A DNA stretch of 34,881 nt from Gemmatimonadota bacterium (lineage in GTDB: Bacteria; Gemmatimonadota; Gemmatimonadetes; Gemmatimonadales; GWC2-71-9), in the NCBI GenBank assembly GCA_039586365.1, contig JBDHKN010000053.1:1-34881 (forward strand), in the 5' to 3' direction. Under the pieces are notes generated by a model. It saw only the letters and a list, made by a program, of their open reading frames with translations, was not told where the DNA came from and did no database searches. Shown here one piece after another: positions 29,131-34,881 of this stretch. The position numbers and the translations under genes are program-made. Position 1 is the stretch's first letter; each line of letters opens with the position of its first letter.

Positions 29131-30567
29131 ATGCCACACATTGTGCATACCTTCATTCTATGTTCACTTCTTTTTCAGGGACTTGCGGACCCCGCCATCA
29201 ACAGACATGAGGACGAAGAGACGGTATCGGTTGCAGAGATCCACCTTCCTGCCGATCTGGAGGTCCTCGTTGGGGATCCGACCCGTGTTCGAGACATGCG
29301 AAACCGTTTCGATCCGGTGGATGGGGAATGGTGTTCCGACAATTCTGACCGAGTGTCGATTGCGAAACGCGGCCCCAATCGTTACGGTGAAGATCCCCCG
29401 TTAACACGGGGTGGTGTCGGCTATGGTGTCTGTTTCGAATCGCATTCCCTTCTCTGGACCGACATCACAGCCGTCCTACAGGACATGATCGTTCCTCGTA
29501 CCCCCGGTGGGGACGTCTATACCGACCTGTACCTCGTGACCACGAACCGTTCGAATTGCGGTACCGAGGCATATATCTCGTATCATGCCCAGGATGATTT
29601 CAATTTCGTAATATGGGATTGGGGCCGTTGGTTCTTACATATGGATACCACGCAGACGGTTATCCCCTATGAGTATCTCGGGGATTACATCCATGACGCG
29701 TGCAATCCGGACGGGGTGTTCCGTCAGATTCTGCGGGTCATCAACATCACCGAGCGAACCGACTTCAATGACTGGAACAACATGGTCTATCTGTACAACC
29801 GCAAGGAAGGGATTTGGGATCTCGTCTATTTCTACGCTTATACGACCCTATATCCCAATCAGAACTTGTATAATACGGGCGATCCCTACGGGAGCTGGGG
29901 TCCGACCTTCGAAACCTTCCAGGACCATGATGGGAGCAACAAGCCAATTGGATTCGACGAATGCTGGATCTATCAGGATGGGGAGCTTTATATGCTGACG
30001 CCGGACAATTCCTGGATCGAGATCCAGGATCCCGATCTCGATCCGCCGATCTTTCTCGTTCCAAACCTGTCATGGGCTGTGGGGAGCACGGAGGGCGAGC
30101 CGGAGAACCAGGTCTTCGAGGCCGAAGCGGGAAGCCACGAAATCGGACAACCATACCCCCCACCAGTTCCTTTGCCCGGTAAGGGGTTATCTCCCCCTGA
30201 ACCAGGTCCCCGGAATTTTCCACTCGGCTTCGGCTGGATCGCTACACCGGCGGATGGGGAAGGATGGCTGTTGAGGGGACCATCGTGGACCCTTCCCTCG
30301 GGTCGGATGAACGCCGAGTTTCAGCTGGCAATTGCGAATGCAGATGGTTCGAATGATCCGATCTGCGTGATCGGCGTGTGGGACGAGACGACAGGGAACT
30401 ATGCCGCGGTGGATACGCTTAACCGGCACGATTTTGCCCGGTCGTCCCACGGGGAGCCCTTCCGCTACGATTTCGAGGCGATCGCCGATCACCCATATGA
30501 ATTTGTTGTCTACAGCCTGGCCGAAGAGACATTCGGTGTAGACCGGGTAATCATTGTCAAGAACTGA
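29131..30567 (+). CDS. Secreted hypothetical protein with C-terminal CBM-like domain
   Basis: GGAGGT before ATG 29131; signal peptide; aromatic-rich core; VFEAEAG...YEFVVY...VDRV beta-sandwich pattern. Confidence 0.7.
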   Translation: MPHIVHTFILCSLLFQGLADPAINRHEDEETVSVAEIHLPADLEVLVGDPTRVRDMRNRFDPVDGEWCSDNSDRVSIAKRGPNRYGEDPPLTRGGVGYGVCFESHSLLWTDITAVLQDMIVPRTPGGDVYTDLYLVTTNRSNCGTEAYISYHAQDDFNFVIWDWGRWFLHMDTTQTVIPYEYLGDYIHDACNPDGVFRQILRVINITERTDFNDWNNMVYLYNRKEGIWDLVYFYAYTTLYPNQNLYNTGDPYGSWGPTFETFQDHDGSNKPIGFDECWIYQDGELYMLTPDNSWIEIQDPDLDPPIFLVPNLSWAVGSTEGEPENQVFEAEAGSHEIGQPYPPPVPLPGKGLSPPEPGPRNFPLGFGWIATPADGEGWLLRGPSWTLPSGRMNAEFQLAIANADGSNDPICVIGVWDETTGNYAAVDTLNRHDFARSSHGEPFRYDFEAIADHPYEFVVYSLAEETFGVDRVIIVKN

Positions 30568-30595
30568 GCTGCCCGGGATTTATTACAGGGAAGAC

Positions 30596-30687
30596 AAAAA
30601 AGAACCTCCTTAGCGGGAGGTTCTTTTTTATGAATATTTTGGCTCCCCCTAGCGGACTCATTTCGAACTTTTTGCCTGGTTCCATAC
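30596..30687. repeat. Junction element R3: bidirectional terminator + TGGCTCCCC core + arm
   Basis: AAAAAAGAACCTCC/GGAGGTTCTTTTTT stem between convergent genes; core at 30640-30648; arm similar to R1. Confidence 0.75.
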
Positions 30688-30693
30688 TTTGGA

Positions 30694-33014
<2,321 letters not shown>

Positions 33015-33021
33015 ATACATC

Positions 33022-33471
33022 TCAATCACCTGTCTTGCACCGATCGCAGATCCCTTCCAGGCATACCCTCTTTCCCAGGATCGTATATTTCGTCTGCAAT
33101 TCTGCCGGGACCTCGATTGCATCGTAATCGTCGTTGCAGAAGTCGATGATGTGACCGCATTGGATGCATCGAAAATGATGGTGCGGATCGAGATTGGGAT
33201 CGAATCGCTTCGCCTCCCCGCTGAATTCCACCATACTAGCGATGTCCAACTCGCTGAAGGTTTGCAGAGTACGGCTCACCGTGTCCAAGGATATATTGGG
33301 GAAAATCTTGCGTACCTCTTCGTACACCCTGCTTGCATTGGGGTGTTGATTGGAATGGCTCAACTCCCGGTAAATCGCGATCCTCTGTGGAGTGATCTTG
33401 AGTCCCCGCTCCCGGCAGGTCACCCTGAAACGCTCGAGCTTTTCATCTGTAGAGCCGTGCCTGGTATCCAA
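33022..33471 (-). CDS. perR: Fur-family regulator, PerR-like
   Basis: GLKITPQR, HPNA, NISLDTVSRTL, RFD, HHHFRCIQC, CDRC; directly upstream of katG. Subfamily inferred from context. Confidence 0.85.
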   Translation of the reverse strand: MDTRHGSTDEKLERFRVTCRERGLKITPQRIAIYRELSHSNQHPNASRVYEEVRKIFPNISLDTVSRTLQTFSELDIASMVEFSGEAKRFDPNLDPHHHFRCIQCGHIIDFCNDDYDAIEVPAELQTKYTILGKRVCLEGICDRCKTGD

Positions 33472-33496
33472 AACTCTTTCCCCTTACGAAAAATCA

Positions 33497-33541
33497 TAGG
33501 ATCAGATTATATACTATGTAGGACTTACTCCTATTTGTCAA
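33497..33541 (-). promoter_or_regulatory. Promoter with candidate PerR/Fur operators
   Basis: TTGACA on the minus strand (33541-33536); TAGGA-N5-TCCTA at 33519-33533 and a degenerate copy at 33497-33511. Confidence 0.55.
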
Positions 33542-33634
33542 GCCTGACCTGGCCCGATCGATGTCTCGTAGCGAGCTGATCGAGCGGCTCAACTTATCGC
33601 CTAAAATTAGCCTTAATACCATTTGCGATCTCTT

Positions 33635-34363
33635 TTAACCCTGGGTTCGGAGTGTCGAGCGGCCACCGTCAACACTGAAAATCTGCCCGGTGATCCAATC
33701 CGCATCCTTGGAAATGAGGTAAGCGGTGAGTCTGGCGATATCACCGGGTGTCCCGAGACGTTGGAGGGCATGGAGCCCGGCAATGGACTCTGCCATCTTA
33801 TCGTTCGATACTATACCTTCCGAGAGCGGGGTTCGTGTTAGCGACGGAGCAATAGCATTGACGCGAACTTTCGGAGCCAGTTCAGCCGCAAGAGAGAGGG
33901 TGAGCCCACTTACTGCCCCCTTTGCCATACCCATCGAGGCGTGTAACGAAAAGCCCTGAAAAGCCGCAACACTTGAAAATAACACTACCGAAGCACCATC
34001 CGCACACTTCTTGAGCGCCGTCATTGTTGCCTTAACGGCAAGCGCCGCACCCACTGCATTGATCCTGAGGTCATTCAGGAATTCCTCTTCCGTGAACCGG
34101 CGCAGACTTCCAAGATTGAGAGTGCCCACGGCATAAACGAGACCATCCAATGGAGCTCCGGCATCTTCCGCCACCCGGAAAAAGAGATTTTCGTCACATA
34201 CATCACCCATTGTGAAACCGGCTCCAAGGTCATCCGCGATGGCGGCCAGTCTCTGCTCGTTTCGTCCCACAAGATGTAGATCGTAACCACGCTCACGAAG
34301 CACTCTGGCTGTGGCAGAACCTATGCCTCCAGAACCACCGTAAATAACAACTTTGCGCGCCAT
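33635..34363 (-). CDS. Short-chain dehydrogenase/reductase
   Basis: GGSGGIG, FSSVA, MGMAKGA (YxxxK Tyr replaced), VRVNAIAP, ITGQIFSVDGG. Confidence 0.92.
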   Translation of the reverse strand: MARKVVIYGGSGGIGSATARVLRERGYDLHLVGRNEQRLAAIADDLGAGFTMGDVCDENLFFRVAEDAGAPLDGLVYAVGTLNLGSLRRFTEEEFLNDLRINAVGAALAVKATMTALKKCADGASVVLFSSVAAFQGFSLHASMGMAKGAVSGLTLSLAAELAPKVRVNAIAPSLTRTPLSEGIVSNDKMAESIAGLHALQRLGTPGDIARLTAYLISKDADWITGQIFSVDGGRSTLRTQG

Positions 34364-34785
34364 AAGAACTCTCTCCGTTACTATACGTATGTTGCCGAGG
34401 GATTATCGGCTGTGAATCTTCGCAATGAGGCCTATAACTATCCGCGTTACCAGTCTTGACTTCAACATAATATTATATAGGCTTCATGGCTCCAGGTGAA
34501 GTCGCCACCGTTTGTTTAGAAGATAAATTATTTAGGAATGAATGCAAACCCAGAATCTTCACTTACGAGCGATTTGCGCATCTCGCAAGATAACGCGGGA
34601 GCCGTTCAGAATGATCCTCCATTTCTCATTTCGTCCCTCGAAATCGCTATCATGTTCTACTTAGTACGGGGAATAAGAAATCCAAGTCGATATCCCGTGA
34701 TCTGGTTATCCACCAAAGGGCACGACTGAAACACGGTAAAACCTGCTAGAGACATTCCCTGCGGAATGGAGCCGAAGATACTTCC

Positions 34786-34813
34786 TTGACAATTTGTGTA
34801 ATGGGACTATGAT
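34786..34813 (+). promoter_or_regulatory. Putative sigma70 promoter
   Basis: TTGACA-N16-TATGAT. Confidence 0.5.
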
Positions 34814-34845
34814 ATGCCCAAGAAGATACATTGAAAGGTCAGGAA

Positions 34846-34881
34846 ATGATCGAATTGAAACGTGATAATTTTAAGGAAGTG
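34846..34881 (+). CDS. 5' end of a gene cut by the window edge, possibly thioredoxin-like
   Basis: MIELKRDNFKEV resembles thioredoxin N-termini; only 12 codons visible. Confidence 0.35.
   Translation, partial: MIELKRDNFKEV

Noticed and set aside
30640..30675. Complete tRNA gene at the junction elements
   Set aside because: Only the 3' acceptor end is tRNA-like; no canonical T-arm, anticodon arm or D-arm
34538..34729. 63-aa ORF
   Set aside because: No recognisable motif; lies in a divergent intergenic region

Overview
Bacterial chromosomal segment, probably from an FCB-group-like lineage (inferred from three proteins ending in 'QNYPNPFNPxTxIxFD...WDG...SGxYxY...RKM' FlgD-Ig/T9SS-type C-terminal domains). 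Left part (1-7900): ArsR-methyltransferase (SahR-like) regulator plus ahcY, an amidohydrolase, a dienelactone hydrolase, a small secreted protein, and an S8 subtilase whose catalytic Ser position is Cys. Centre (8159-28993): a diverged tandem duplication of a minus-strand module. Copy A is Ser/Thr kinase-TPR, a sigma54-promoted operon (beta-helix protein and two fibre + small CTD-protein pairs), a GAF-sigma54 activator, and a sigma54-promoted 14-repeat FG-GAP protein. Copy B keeps only the kinase and FG-GAP genes around a chimeric deletion scar. Three 'hairpin + TGGCTCCCC core + arm' junctions (about 22870, 28940, 30600) look like tRNA-3'-end att sites separating integrase-less cassettes. Right part: a secreted hypothetical protein, katG with an in-frame deletion in a conserved helix, a PerR/Fur regulator, an SDR and the probable start of a thioredoxin-like gene. 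No complete tRNA, rRNA, CRISPR array, integrase or transposase was recognised. All calls are from reading the sequence; no searches were run.
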